Shown: positions 1-9,881, counted from the first letter of the stretch. The stretch is DNA of 20,000 nucleotides from an uncultured virus (IMG/VR IMGVR_UViG_3300006735_000014) (IMGVR_UViG_3300006735_000014), one strand, 5' to 3'. Notes: generated from the sequence alone by a model not told the origin. Numbers and translations: made by a program.

Positions 1-3000
1 TCTTTGTTTATCATATCCTGAGGAGAGAAATATATTCCTAGTTTAGCAGAATCATTTGATACTGTATCATACTGACTTATTTCTCCTCTAGTTTCTCTAT
101 TCAATGGATGAACTAATTTATTATCTTCAATTCTTATTTTTTCTGATTTTAAATTCTTTCCTCCAATACTTGGTCCATGAATATAATATGTTTCTTCTAC
201 TCGCTCATAATGATCATTATTAACAGTATCCCATGGTGTTTGGAAATTACTTGCGGTTGCCCATGATGTTGTTCCATCATTTACTGGATCAGAAAAGTCT
301 TGAATAGCTTGATTTGGATGTGATGATGAAATATAAATTGTCGCTGCATGATTATATCCTTTTTGATTTGTTCCAAAAGTATAATGCCTTACCAATGTAT
401 CAAATGATGAAGTTGCGCTAATTGATGATACATATGATTTTGGATTCAATGTATGTTTATCAAATGCATTTTGACCTATATTTTCTAACCATTCGCGATA
501 TTCTTGGAATGAACCTGTAAATGTTCCTATTCCTGCAGGATCAGATGCACCACCTGATGTTGATCCATTTCCAATTGCATGATTTAAGTATTGATTTACT
601 TTGAAGGTATTTCCACCAGTTGATCCAGTTTGGCCTCCTAGATATCCAGCTGTTGCTCCTGTTGCTGTACTCCATGCATTGTTATGTGCATTATAAGTTG
701 GAGTAACAGATAAACTTGCTGAATGGATTAATTTTCCTTTAACATAATCTGAAGCTTGTTGTACCTGTACATGGTAAGTGACATTGGTACTAGCAGCTAT
801 ATTATATATTCCTGAGTCAGATCCGGTTGCTTCCCAATAATATCTCAAGTTCCAAAAATTACCATCATATAAAGGAGCCCAATCTGATGATGCTGTCATT
901 GGTGTTGTTGATCCAGCACCTTGTCCATGCACATAATGCACTCTACCATAATTTGCACTACCTGAATATGAACCTGTATATTCAATTGCAATATGTGATA
1001 TAGGCACTGGTATGGCACCTACAAGACCTGCAGAGTAAATTATCATACTTGCTGTTATTGCTGGTTTGAATCTCCACTCTCTTGTTTGATCAGGTATTGT
1101 ATCTCCTGCAGATAAATACTCTCTTTGGAATCCCCAATCATATAAATCTGTTTTATAATGATCATGAGTAAATTCTACATATGAACCAGATTGTATTTGC
1201 AATGCATATGAGAATTGATCATATATTCCTGCTGGTTCAGATTTTGGCATTTTAGGTCCACCATATTCTCTAATAGATAATAAAGATTCTGGAATACCGT
1301 AACATGATAATAAAGCTTTAACTGATCTAGATGTTCCTTTTGTTTTTAATAGGTGAGGTAAATTATTAACTACTCTTCTCCATACCTGCTTTGTTAAATC
1401 TTCTTTTGGAGTTGCAAATGATACGGCTGATGATTGAGTTATATATTGTGATTTATTTGTATATAAATCTGATATTTCTGCATCTGTTAATGTTCTGTTA
1501 TATATTCTAAACTCATCTAATGAACCAGTAAAGTTACTATAAGGGACTCCTGTATTATTAGTATCTCTTGCACCAAGAATTGGTTTTGGATAATCACCTG
1601 TTGATTCAGGTCCTATATCATGAGATCCACTAACTGAAATATCTGTGCCTTCTACAAATGTTCCATTAAGGTATGCAGATGCACTTTCTTGTCTATTAAC
1701 ATTAAATACTATGTGATGCCAGCCATTTGATACACCCCCAGTTGATGTTCCTTCTAATGACGTTGTATCAAGATATGATGATGAAAATATCTTTGTAGTA
1801 TGTTTATCAAGAGTAACTGTATGTTCTCCATGAGAGCCTGAATAGTTTTGTACCCATCTCAGCGTTCCATATGGAGCATTTGCATAAATTCCCCATCCTG
1901 CATCATTTCCAGATCCTGATAATGCGCTAAATACATATCCGGTTGCATTTGTAAGGTCTGCATCTTTTATCCAGAATGATACTGCATAATCATCTGTTCC
2001 ATAGTCATATGGTTTATTATATTTTAGATAATTTGTTCCATCAAATTTTCCGCCCCAACCATGTGCGCCTTCTTCAAATATTGGTTTATCAAATGCTTCT
2101 AATGCTTGATCTTTTACTATACCATAATCTATAAAATTTTGTCTTGCAAAGTCAGGCCTACCTTCATCAAATGGAACATATAATATTAAATTATCATCTA
2201 TTCTTCTATCATTGATATTTCCAAATGATCCTAATTCATCTGTACCTAATAAATATTCAAATAAACGTTCATGTTGATTTCCATTTTCTAAATGCCAACC
2301 AAATGATTTTGCAGTTTCATATAATAAGTCTTTTGATAAACCATGTCTATGATGTTCATCTCTATTGTATACATCCGTTTGATGTTTAACATATGAATAC
2401 ATAATATCATAATGATGGCCAATCATATGTACAAATGTTTCAAACTCAGAATTATTATTATCTTCTCTAATATGTTCTGGTACTGTTTTTACTAATGCAT
2501 GATCGTTATGGAAATCCCATAATGAAGCAGATGCTTCTAATGCATTATACCATACTTCTGCTTGAGATGATGTTGAATGACATAATGTCCATTGGTTAGC
2601 TGTAAATTGTTTATCTGAAGTTGTTACTCCGTATCCTTCTTTTGGCCATGGCTCAACAACAAACGTTTCATGTCCAATATTGGAACCTGAGGTTGCATTT
2701 GTATAAATACTTCCTGTATTATATTGATAAAGATATTTTTCAAAACCATCAAAACCGCCTAAAATATTATCTTTATATTTTTCGTATAAAGATTTATTTG
2801 CATTTACTTCGTTAGATTCTGATACTGAATTTAATGTTTTAACTTGATCATCATAGTATTCAACTAATTCTATTTTATGTTTAAAGTTTGCAACTCTTTC
2901 TTTAGCTGATGAGTAATGAACAAAGTTTTGGAATCCAGAATAATCAATTCCTAACTCTACTCCTTGTAAAGATCCAGAAAACATTTTATCTATAATTTGC

Positions 3001-3854
3001 TGTGAAGTCGATGTCGCAGATCCTAATAAATCGTTCCAGTTTTGGAAATTTGTTTCGTTAATTTTTGACCATTTTGCATCCACTTCAAAATTTGGACCTC
3101 TCATTGCATTGGTTGGAGATTCAATTGGCTTTCTGTAAAGTACTACATTATCTGTATATGGTTGTCTTACTTGTTGAACTATCCATAGTCGTTGTTTTTC
3201 TTTGTAATTTTCCTGTAATGGTTGATATAACTTAATATATAATTCTCTAGAATCACTTAACCATCTATAATTTACAAATTGTGCTAATCTATTTCTACCA
3301 AAATTCAAGAATAATAAGTTCATAAACCCATTATCACCACATAACTCATTTCTTCTTGTATGGAACATTGATAGCTGTTCTGATGTTGTTAAATCAGATA
3401 TATCTAATGTTTTAATGGCCTTTTTCTTTTGTTTTATATTTTCGTCACCAATATATACTTTTAATTCTGTACGATCTGCAGATATTTCTTTTATGTATAA
3501 TGATGGATTTGCATCATCACCTACAATTGGTCTAAAAAAGTTAAGAACAAATTTATATGTTCCTTGCTTGATTCCTAAGTCATCAAAGTTTTTATATAAA
3601 TCAAATTGAACAAGACTGTCTTCAGTATTAAATGCTTTCCAGTGATCAGCTGTATGTTCACTTGTGATATAATTACTCATCATATCATAAACATGTAACT
3701 CTACTGTTTCATCTAAAGCAGGATCATCAAATTTACGTATTTCAACTACTTCACTTGCAATTACTTCTTGATCATCAGCTGTGAGTTGTAATGCATCAAT
3801 TGGTTTATTTGATGCTTTTATGTTTTCACTATTTAGATATTGTTCTATTGCCAT
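1..3854 (-). CDS. Large virion/baseplate protein (at least 1284 aa, 3' end outside the window) with a gp7/P2-gpI-like wedge segment and LamG/concanavalin-A-like domains
   Basis: Not in the ORF track, presumably because no stop lies in the window. Manual translation from ATG at 3852-3854 (MAIEQYLNSENIKASNKPIDALQ...) is open without a stop to position 3 (...KLGIYFSPQDMINK). Contains FVHMIGHHYD...GLSKDLLYETAKSFGW and WRRVVNNLPHLLKTKGTSRSVKALLSCYGIP (KGT motif as in gpI/gp7-like wedge proteins). LamG signatures: LILYVPFDEG, VSFWIK, NGWHHIVF, AYLNG, FTGSLDEFRIYNRTLTDAEISDLY. Lies downstream of gp25- and gp6-like genes. Confidence 0.85.
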   Translation of the reverse strand, partial: MAIEQYLNSENIKASNKPIDALQLTADDQEVIASEVVEIRKFDDPALDETVELHVYDMMSNYITSEHTADHWKAFNTEDSLVQFDLYKNFDDLGIKQGTYKFVLNFFRPIVGDDANPSLYIKEISADRTELKVYIGDENIKQKKKAIKTLDISDLTTSEQLSMFHTRRNELCGDNGFMNLLFLNFGRNRLAQFVNYRWLSDSRELYIKLYQPLQENYKEKQRLWIVQQVRQPYTDNVVLYRKPIESPTNAMRGPNFEVDAKWSKINETNFQNWNDLLGSATSTSQQIIDKMFSGSLQGVELGIDYSGFQNFVHYSSAKERVANFKHKIELVEYYDDQVKTLNSVSESNEVNANKSLYEKYKDNILGGFDGFEKYLYQYNTGSIYTNATSGSNIGHETFVVEPWPKEGYGVTTSDKQFTANQWTLCHSTSSQAEVWYNALEASASLWDFHNDHALVKTVPEHIREDNNNSEFETFVHMIGHHYDIMYSYVKHQTDVYNRDEHHRHGLSKDLLYETAKSFGWHLENGNQHERLFEYLLGTDELGSFGNINDRRIDDNLILYVPFDEGRPDFARQNFIDYGIVKDQALEAFDKPIFEEGAHGWGGKFDGTNYLKYNKPYDYGTDDYAVSFWIKDADLTNATGYVFSALSGSGNDAGWGIYANAPYGTLRWVQNYSGSHGEHTVTLDKHTTKIFSSSYLDTTSLEGTSTGGVSNGWHHIVFNVNRQESASAYLNGTFVEGTDISVSGSHDIGPESTGDYPKPILGARDTNNTGVPYSNFTGSLDEFRIYNRTLTDAEISDLYTNKSQYITQSSAVSFATPKEDLTKQVWRRVVNNLPHLLKTKGTSRSVKALLSCYGIPESLLSIREYGGPKMPKSEPAGIYDQFSYALQIQSGSYVEFTHDHYKTDLYDWGFQREYLSAGDTIPDQTREWRFKPAITASMIIYSAGLVGAIPVPISHIAIEYTGSYSGSANYGRVHYVHGQGAGSTTPMTASSDWAPLYDGNFWNLRYYWEATGSDSGIYNIAASTNVTYHVQVQQASDYVKGKLIHSASLSVTPTYNAHNNAWSTATGATAGYLGGQTGSTGGNTFKVNQYLNHAIGNGSTSGGASDPAGIGTFTGSFQEYREWLENIGQNAFDKHTLNPKSYVSSISATSSFDTLVRHYTFGTNQKGYNHAATIYISSSHPNQAIQDFSDPVNDGTTSWATASNFQTPWDTVNNDHYERVEETYYIHGPSIGGKNLKSEKIRIEDNKLVHPLNRETRGEISQYDTVSNDSAKLGIYFSPQDMINK

Positions 3855-3862
3855 TAGTCTTT

Positions 3863-5740
3863 CTATCCTTCAAATAATTTGTTATATGGTGCTAAATGTG
3901 ATTTTCTATAGAAACTATCCTCAGCTATATATTTTTTATACCTATCTCTAGTTAACTCTGCACCTCCAGCTCTTAATCCTCTTGTTCCGCCATTATGTTC
4001 ATAAACTTCAATTGTATCATAATCATCATTGTCCCCTCTACCAAAATTGATTCTATAATCATCACCTATTATCCATTTTTCTCTACCAGGTGAAAAGAAT
4101 GGTGAATCAGGAATTCCTGTTCTGAGCCTAACCTTTATCCCTTTTGGAATAAAAATAGAAGTTAAAGAATTTTCTGTCCAGTTACTTAACCTAATATGAC
4201 CAGCCGCCCGTGCATAGTGACTATGGGTACTATTACCATGCCTATGCGATCTTCTAGCATTTGCATGATATTTCTTACCAACCTCAAGTTCATAATTCCA
4301 ACCAGCTCCGTCACTATGTTGAGATATTTTTACTCGTTCTGATCCGTCTAGCGTTGCTTTAGTTACCATCGAAGATGCAGGATATCCTAAATATCTTATC
4401 TGGCTCCAATCCATTGCTGTATATGTTCTATTATGATATTCATCGTAATTATTCTCTGCTGTGTTTGCTTCAACAGATGATGGTAATTTTTTTACTGTTG
4501 CGTAAAAAGCAAGTCCACCAGTATACTTTCTCACCTCTCCTCTACATACCATAAAGTAACCACCTTTTAGACCTCCAGTATATCCTCTAATAAGTTCACC
4601 TTCCCATTGTTTAGTTGTAAACTCATTTCCAGTAGGAGTATATATTTGAGAACGTTTAGCAGGCTTTTGTGTTTCTTCTGGATGGTATTCTGTCCATCTA
4701 GATGACATGTCTGGTAAAAATGCTTTATCATAATCACTTAAATCATCATCATCAAAACCAGCTGGTCTTATAAGATCTCCTTTTTCAAATGTTACTCTAC
4801 CATCTCCTAAATTAAGATCAACCTCATTAGTATTATATTGACAACCATCTTTTTCAGCTGGGCCCCATTCTACATCATCTAAATCATTACTTACTACTAA
4901 TCGCTCTATTGCTGTAGTTTCTGTTGTGATTTCAGCTTTTGGTACTATATCTATATCATCATATGTCATGTCTCGATCTTTCATGAACACTTCTAAATTT
5001 CTACCTTCTCTTGTATTTGTTAATCCTTTAACTGGTGGTGGATTGACACCTCCATCAAAATGATGTACAGGTGATCCTCCAATTGAATTATCATCTCCTT
5101 GAGTAGAACCATTATTACATCTATATCGTACACCTTTCCAAACAATAAATATCATTCCTGCAACTCCTGTTAAGTCTCCTGCAGAATTAAATTCTGTTTT
5201 CAATTCAAATTTATCACCAAATTGTTCGGTTGCTGTTGGCGGATCTTCTACTTCTTCTTCGTCGGTTTCATTATCTCTAGAATCAACAAAACGAGTCTCA
5301 ACTTCAATTTGTGGTTCAGATGGGTTATCTAAAACATTTATTGTAACTTCTTCAGGTAAATCAGTTTGTTCAAATCCTTTAAGATAACTATTAAAAGTTG
5401 TATCTACAGCTTCCATAAATGATTCTATATCATATTTTACAGATTGTAATGGTATTTTAATTGGAAAGTTTTCATTAGGAGTAGCTTCTTTATATTCAAT
5501 AACACCACGAGGAGTACGTAAAGGTCTTTGTTCTACTAATCTAATATCTTCATTATCCTTTGCAATCGTACCATCTGGTTTTATAAGGTCTCCTTGATTT
5601 TGAATAGTAGGAGTTTGGCCTATCAATCTATCTAAACCATTAACTTTTTTATTTAATCGTTTTAATATATGATCATCAGTAGCTTGCTGAACATCTACTG
5701 CAGACTTTCCTCCAACATTATGTGCTTGATAGTCTTCCAT
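3863..5740 (-). CDS. Probable virion protein (625 aa) with C-terminal betagamma-crystallin-like domain
   Basis: Long ORF within the baseplate cluster with an acidic linker (DNETDEEEVEDPP). aa ~469-581 (VKISQHSDGAGWNYELEVGKKY...ENSLTSIFIPKGIKVRL...GDNDDYDTIEVY) follows the two-Greek-key pattern of microbial betagamma-crystallins. Confidence 0.6.
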   Translation of the reverse strand: MEDYQAHNVGGKSAVDVQQATDDHILKRLNKKVNGLDRLIGQTPTIQNQGDLIKPDGTIAKDNEDIRLVEQRPLRTPRGVIEYKEATPNENFPIKIPLQSVKYDIESFMEAVDTTFNSYLKGFEQTDLPEEVTINVLDNPSEPQIEVETRFVDSRDNETDEEEVEDPPTATEQFGDKFELKTEFNSAGDLTGVAGMIFIVWKGVRYRCNNGSTQGDDNSIGGSPVHHFDGGVNPPPVKGLTNTREGRNLEVFMKDRDMTYDDIDIVPKAEITTETTAIERLVVSNDLDDVEWGPAEKDGCQYNTNEVDLNLGDGRVTFEKGDLIRPAGFDDDDLSDYDKAFLPDMSSRWTEYHPEETQKPAKRSQIYTPTGNEFTTKQWEGELIRGYTGGLKGGYFMVCRGEVRKYTGGLAFYATVKKLPSSVEANTAENNYDEYHNRTYTAMDWSQIRYLGYPASSMVTKATLDGSERVKISQHSDGAGWNYELEVGKKYHANARRSHRHGNSTHSHYARAAGHIRLSNWTENSLTSIFIPKGIKVRLRTGIPDSPFFSPGREKWIIGDDYRINFGRGDNDDYDTIEVYEHNGGTRGLRAGGAELTRDRYKKYIAEDSFYRKSHLAPYNKLFEG

Positions 5741-5741
5741 T

Positions 5742-6878
5742 TTATCTTACCACTTTGAAATAATAACCATTATCAAAATATTTAATTGTTCCATCTGGAT
5801 ATTTTGATTTGATTTTAAATTTATAATATCGTTCGGGTGCTAATGAATTCATCCAATAAGTAAAATAACTTCCGTTTGAATCAACACTTAATTTTGTATA
5901 TGTATCATCATAATCTAATATAATCTCATCTGTATTTGCATCATATACCGCATATGAACTTGTATAACTTAATCTTTGTGTTTCATTTAAGTAGAATGAT
6001 GATGTTGTATATGTCTTAGTTGGATATTTTGATCTAGTTCCGACTCTAAATGTTACTCTACTTCCTTCAGGATATTTTTCTTCTATATTTTTAAAGAATG
6101 CAATTGGTCCTCCGTTATTAGTTTGATGAACTTCAGTTAAAGTAGCATCTGTCACGGTATGATCTCTCCAAACCACTTCTAATTTTGGTGCATATATTGT
6201 ATGAGTATCTTTTGCAAAATATTTTATATTAAGAGAATCACTATTACTTGATTCGGCTGAATATGATTGTTTTAATATTAATCCATAATTTGGTATAGTT
6301 CCATCTAACCATTTATTAACAATGGTAGTAATATCCATTCTAACATCTGCAGATTCATATGCGAATGATTGAGATGCTTCATATCCAGAACCTGTTATCC
6401 AAGTTCCTCCTCCTAATGGTTCTTGTATTCCTAATTGATGTGCACTATGAGCAGATCCTGTGTTCCATCTTGTTGCAGAATCATAATCATCAGAATAATA
6501 CCATGAAGATCCGTTACGAGTTTCAGGTATATCTGCATAATTTCCGTTTCCATTATTCCAGGATTCAGAAACTGGATATGCATACAATGTAAAATCTATT
6601 GGCATATCAGATGCATAAATACTTTTCATGTTTAAATAAAACTTACGAAGCGTACTTCCTACAGTTCCATCAACTATAGATTGAGATAATGCAGTAAATT
6701 CTGGTCCTGAAAAATCTAATAATATACGACTATTATATGTTCCAATTTGAAATAAGTCATCTAATCGAGAACCAGAAGTTGTTTTTATTAACTCAAGTAT
6801 CTGATCAATTCCAGTATTCTTACTTGGAAATTTTTCATATAATGTTGTATCTTTATTGGCATATATTTGATATTGCAT
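5742..6878 (-). CDS. Virion protein (378 aa) with DNRLRE/carbohydrate-binding-like beta-sandwich domain and a beta-rich C-terminal domain
   Basis: Motif series KDTTLYE...SRILLDFS...LYAYPVSESW...DITTIVNKWLDG...NYGLILK...PKLEVVW resembles the DNRLRE-domain pattern. Directly downstream of the gp6-like gene. Confidence 0.6.
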   Translation of the reverse strand: MQYQIYANKDTTLYEKFPSKNTGIDQILELIKTTSGSRLDDLFQIGTYNSRILLDFSGPEFTALSQSIVDGTVGSTLRKFYLNMKSIYASDMPIDFTLYAYPVSESWNNGNGNYADIPETRNGSSWYYSDDYDSATRWNTGSAHSAHQLGIQEPLGGGTWITGSGYEASQSFAYESADVRMDITTIVNKWLDGTIPNYGLILKQSYSAESSNSDSLNIKYFAKDTHTIYAPKLEVVWRDHTVTDATLTEVHQTNNGGPIAFFKNIEEKYPEGSRVTFRVGTRSKYPTKTYTTSSFYLNETQRLSYTSSYAVYDANTDEIILDYDDTYTKLSVDSNGSYFTYWMNSLAPERYYKFKIKSKYPDGTIKYFDNGYYFKVVR

Positions 6879-6890
6879 ATTCTATTTCCC

Positions 6891-8771
6891 TTATATTCCT
6901 ACAATTCTACCTTTGATATCTGAATTAGGATATCTAATTTCAAATATACATGGATCTAATGATGGATAAATTATATTATTTAATGTTGCAGCTTTGATAT
7001 CATATACATTTCCTGAATATCCTGAGTTTAAATCATATAGATTTTTTATCGTTACATCTGCAACCGTTTGTACTCCTTCGACATTATCTAACTTTGTATA
7101 AACATCGGAAATTACAATAGGTGCATTAATCTGCATATTATCTACATGTAATAATTCTTTAAGTTTATTTACACATCTTAATACTACTTCAGAACCATTA
7201 AAGGTTGGTTTTGGTATTACTTCAAAATCAATACCTAAATTAACAATAAAACAATTCTTAATATTAATTGCATCCGTCATTAATCTAAACTGTGATATAT
7301 ATGTTTTAAGATTTTGTTTAATAGCAGGATTCAGAGCTACCAATTGTTTGGTAGAATTATATCCCATTGCATATATGTTCATTGCTAATGGATTAGGTAT
7401 TTTAGCTTCAGGATCTGTTGAATCTACTTGTTCATCTTGAATAATATATGCTTTAGCTACATGTCCAAATTTTGGTGGCATGGTATAACATCTTAAGATA
7501 TAATCTTCTTTTGTTACTGCTCTATTTTGTGCTGCAAATACACTTAATGCTTTTTGTCTTGTAGTTTCTACTGACTCTGCAGAAGCTCCTCCTCTAGAAG
7601 GTAATGGATTATTTACTGCTACCGATCCTTTTGCTTGATTTAATATTGATGTATCTAAATTTTGGATTGAATTTGCATAAGATGCAAATGAAACTTCTTG
7701 TATTGAATTAGCCGGTACATTATCTGAAAGTCCTTTACCTCTTGAGTAACGAACTGTTAAGGTAGTTTGTGAAGGTGCTTGTCCATATGTACTTGAATAT
7801 AAAAAGTTTGCAGGATCAATTGATACATCAACTTCTCTATTTAATCCTTTTATTCCTAATCCAACATTTTCTGGATTTGGTATTAAATCTCTATCATGTT
7901 CTTCAGATATACCTGCACCAAATTGAATTTCTAATTGTTTATCTGCTCTAAATCTTGTTACAAATCTTTTAGCTGTTCGTCTTAATTTTAAGATATATGG
8001 TACACTACTATTATAAGAACTTAGTTCTGGATCTATCATTGGTGTATTTCTAATACCTTCTTGAATTGTATCCTGAGCTAAATACGGAACCTCATACCAC
8101 TTATTACCTTGTTCATCAATAATATCAACTACATCAATTATATCTGTATCTTTCAATACTATCTTATCATATATTTTAGGTTCTTGAAATCTGAAATCTT
8201 CTTGTGTTATTCCTCCTGATACAGCTGCAACTTTTTTCTTGATTAAGAAATATGTTGGTGTTCCAGTTGCTTCATCAATTTGATATACAGTTACTGTTCT
8301 AGGATTAGTTGCTGAACCTGTTGCGCCAAAATCTACTGGATCAACTGATCTAAATTCAACACCTGTATTTGATTTTGCAATCATTCCTGCTTCAATATTT
8401 AATGCATATCTCCAATCTGGTTTTGCATTAACACCTGTACCAGTTGCTGGCACTGTTTGATATACATCCAATTCTACTAATGATGATATCATATTTTTTG
8501 TTTTATATCCTAATGCCGCTGCAATAGAATTAATATTTGCTCTTTCTTCTGCATATCCCAGTAATGATTCTTTAAGATTACTATCTGAATAATATGATAA
8601 TACATCGCCTATATAAGCCGACATTTCCATGAACATCATTCCTGGTGATGATTCATTAAAATCATTATAAGTATTTGGAAAATAATTTTTTGCGAAGTTA
8701 ACTAAATTTTGTCTAAATTCACCAAAATCCCTACTTAAATATTTTATATCTTTTTTAACTAATTCTGCCAT
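6891..8771 (-). CDS. Baseplate wedge subunit, T4 gp6 / baseplate J-like (626 aa)
   Basis: N-terminal RDFGEFRQNL...NDFNESSPGMMFMEMSAYIGDVLSYY, YEIQFG-like LEIQFGAG, and GGASAESVETTRQKA...QNRAVTKEDY are typical gp6/J-family motifs. Follows the gp25-like gene. Confidence 0.92.
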   Translation of the reverse strand: MAELVKKDIKYLSRDFGEFRQNLVNFAKNYFPNTYNDFNESSPGMMFMEMSAYIGDVLSYYSDSNLKESLLGYAEERANINSIAAALGYKTKNMISSLVELDVYQTVPATGTGVNAKPDWRYALNIEAGMIAKSNTGVEFRSVDPVDFGATGSATNPRTVTVYQIDEATGTPTYFLIKKKVAAVSGGITQEDFRFQEPKIYDKIVLKDTDIIDVVDIIDEQGNKWYEVPYLAQDTIQEGIRNTPMIDPELSSYNSSVPYILKLRRTAKRFVTRFRADKQLEIQFGAGISEEHDRDLIPNPENVGLGIKGLNREVDVSIDPANFLYSSTYGQAPSQTTLTVRYSRGKGLSDNVPANSIQEVSFASYANSIQNLDTSILNQAKGSVAVNNPLPSRGGASAESVETTRQKALSVFAAQNRAVTKEDYILRCYTMPPKFGHVAKAYIIQDEQVDSTDPEAKIPNPLAMNIYAMGYNSTKQLVALNPAIKQNLKTYISQFRLMTDAINIKNCFIVNLGIDFEVIPKPTFNGSEVVLRCVNKLKELLHVDNMQINAPIVISDVYTKLDNVEGVQTVADVTIKNLYDLNSGYSGNVYDIKAATLNNIIYPSLDPCIFEIRYPNSDIKGRIVGI

Positions 8772-8782
8772 TGGTTATTCCC

Positions 8783-9385
8783 TTAATATGATGCCATTGA
8801 TCCTGCGTCAACTGTTGTAGTACTTTCACCGTTACTCACTAATGTTATCTCTTGGTTTGCTCCTTGTTCGGTCACTCTAAATGTAAGTTTAATAAATAAA
8901 TAATTTGTAAGATGGTTTTTATCATCTCGGTTATCTATATTAATATTTTTGATAATAATATAAGGTAACCAAAATTTTATAGCATCTTGTATTTCTTTAT
9001 TTAAACTAATTATTAGTTCTGGTGTATTTGGTTCAAATACTCTATCTTTAATTCTTACTCCAAACTTTGGTTGCATATATCTCTCACCTGGATATGTTAA
9101 TAACAGGTTTTTAAGATTTGTTAATGCTTGCTGTTCTGTTGTATATGATAACGGAAATTTACCAGCTAATTTTTCTGCTAATTCATTTGCACCAGTTGAA
9201 CCAGATACTTCTCCATATGCTAAATTTGGTTTTGATGTTACGCCAGCAGCTGCTCCATTAAACGGAAGCATTACTCCAATAGCCTTGTCAGCTTCCATAT
9301 CATTAACATTGTAACGATATATCGGTCGACCACCACCTTTTAAGTAAGCTGATTCTTTTTTGCTTTTGAAGTATTTATCTGCCAC
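8783..9385 (-). CDS. Baseplate wedge protein, gp25/GPW-like (200 aa)
   Basis: LKNLLLTYPGERYMQPKFG...FEP...IQDAIKFWLPYI is the gp25/W family signature. GTG start overlaps the upstream TAG stop (TAGTG). Confidence 0.9.
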   Translation of the reverse strand: MADKYFKSKKESAYLKGGGRPIYRYNVNDMEADKAIGVMLPFNGAAAGVTSKPNLAYGEVSGSTGANELAEKLAGKFPLSYTTEQQALTNLKNLLLTYPGERYMQPKFGVRIKDRVFEPNTPELIISLNKEIQDAIKFWLPYIIIKNINIDNRDDKNHLTNYLFIKLTFRVTEQGANQEITLVSNGESTTTVDAGSMASY

Positions 9386-9858
9386 TATCTAGTTCCCATT
9401 TTACCATTTTTCTTATCTATTGCTTTAATGATTCCACTATAATCTTTCATTAACGCATCTTGCACAGCTTGTAATTCTGGGGTCTTTGGTTTTACAGCTT
9501 CTCCATCTATACCTGTCATTACTTGATTTGGTCTTGCCATAGTAGATGTTCTTGTTGGACCCATTTGTGGATAATCTTCCATCATACTAACTGGTGGTCC
9601 ATCTACCATTGATGCAAAATCACCTGTTTGTGCTGTCTCATTTAATAAATCATTTAACATTGAATTTTTTGTAAATTTCTTTTTTCTTGCAATAGGCCTC
9701 CTTGGCATAGGATTTTCTGCAATTTCTGATAAATTCATACCATGTTCAATAACTTGATTAGTGTTAACCTGTTGTTCATTGATAGCCTGTTTAACAGCTT
9801 TACCAACTTCTTCTCTTATAACTTTTCTTAAAATTTTAACGAAACTCTTCGTATCCAT
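9385..9858 (-). CDS. Hypothetical phage protein (~157 aa)
   Basis: The ORF track starts at TTG 9870. ATG at 9856-9858 is preceded by GGAGAAGACT (SD-like), so it is the more likely start. N-terminal amphipathic helix FVKILRKVIREEVGKAVKQAINE. No family recognised. Confidence 0.75.
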   Translation of the reverse strand: MDTKSFVKILRKVIREEVGKAVKQAINEQQVNTNQVIEHGMNLSEIAENPMPRRPIARKKKFTKNSMLNDLLNETAQTGDFASMVDGPPVSMMEDYPQMGPTRTSTMARPNQVMTGIDGEAVKPKTPELQAVQDALMKDYSGIIKAIDKKNGKMGTR

Positions 9859-9881
9859 AGTCTTCTCCAATTTATTTTAAT

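Noticed and set aside
2621..3609. Plus-strand ORFs 2621-2815 and 3415-3609
   Set aside because: Antisense shadows of the giant minus-strand ORF, with no protein-like composition.
1..3862. Stop-codon reassignment, pseudogene or non-coding region as the explanation for the apparent ORF gap
   Set aside because: The minus frame is fully open in the standard code, and TAA, TAG and TGA all end genes at tight junctions elsewhere in the window.
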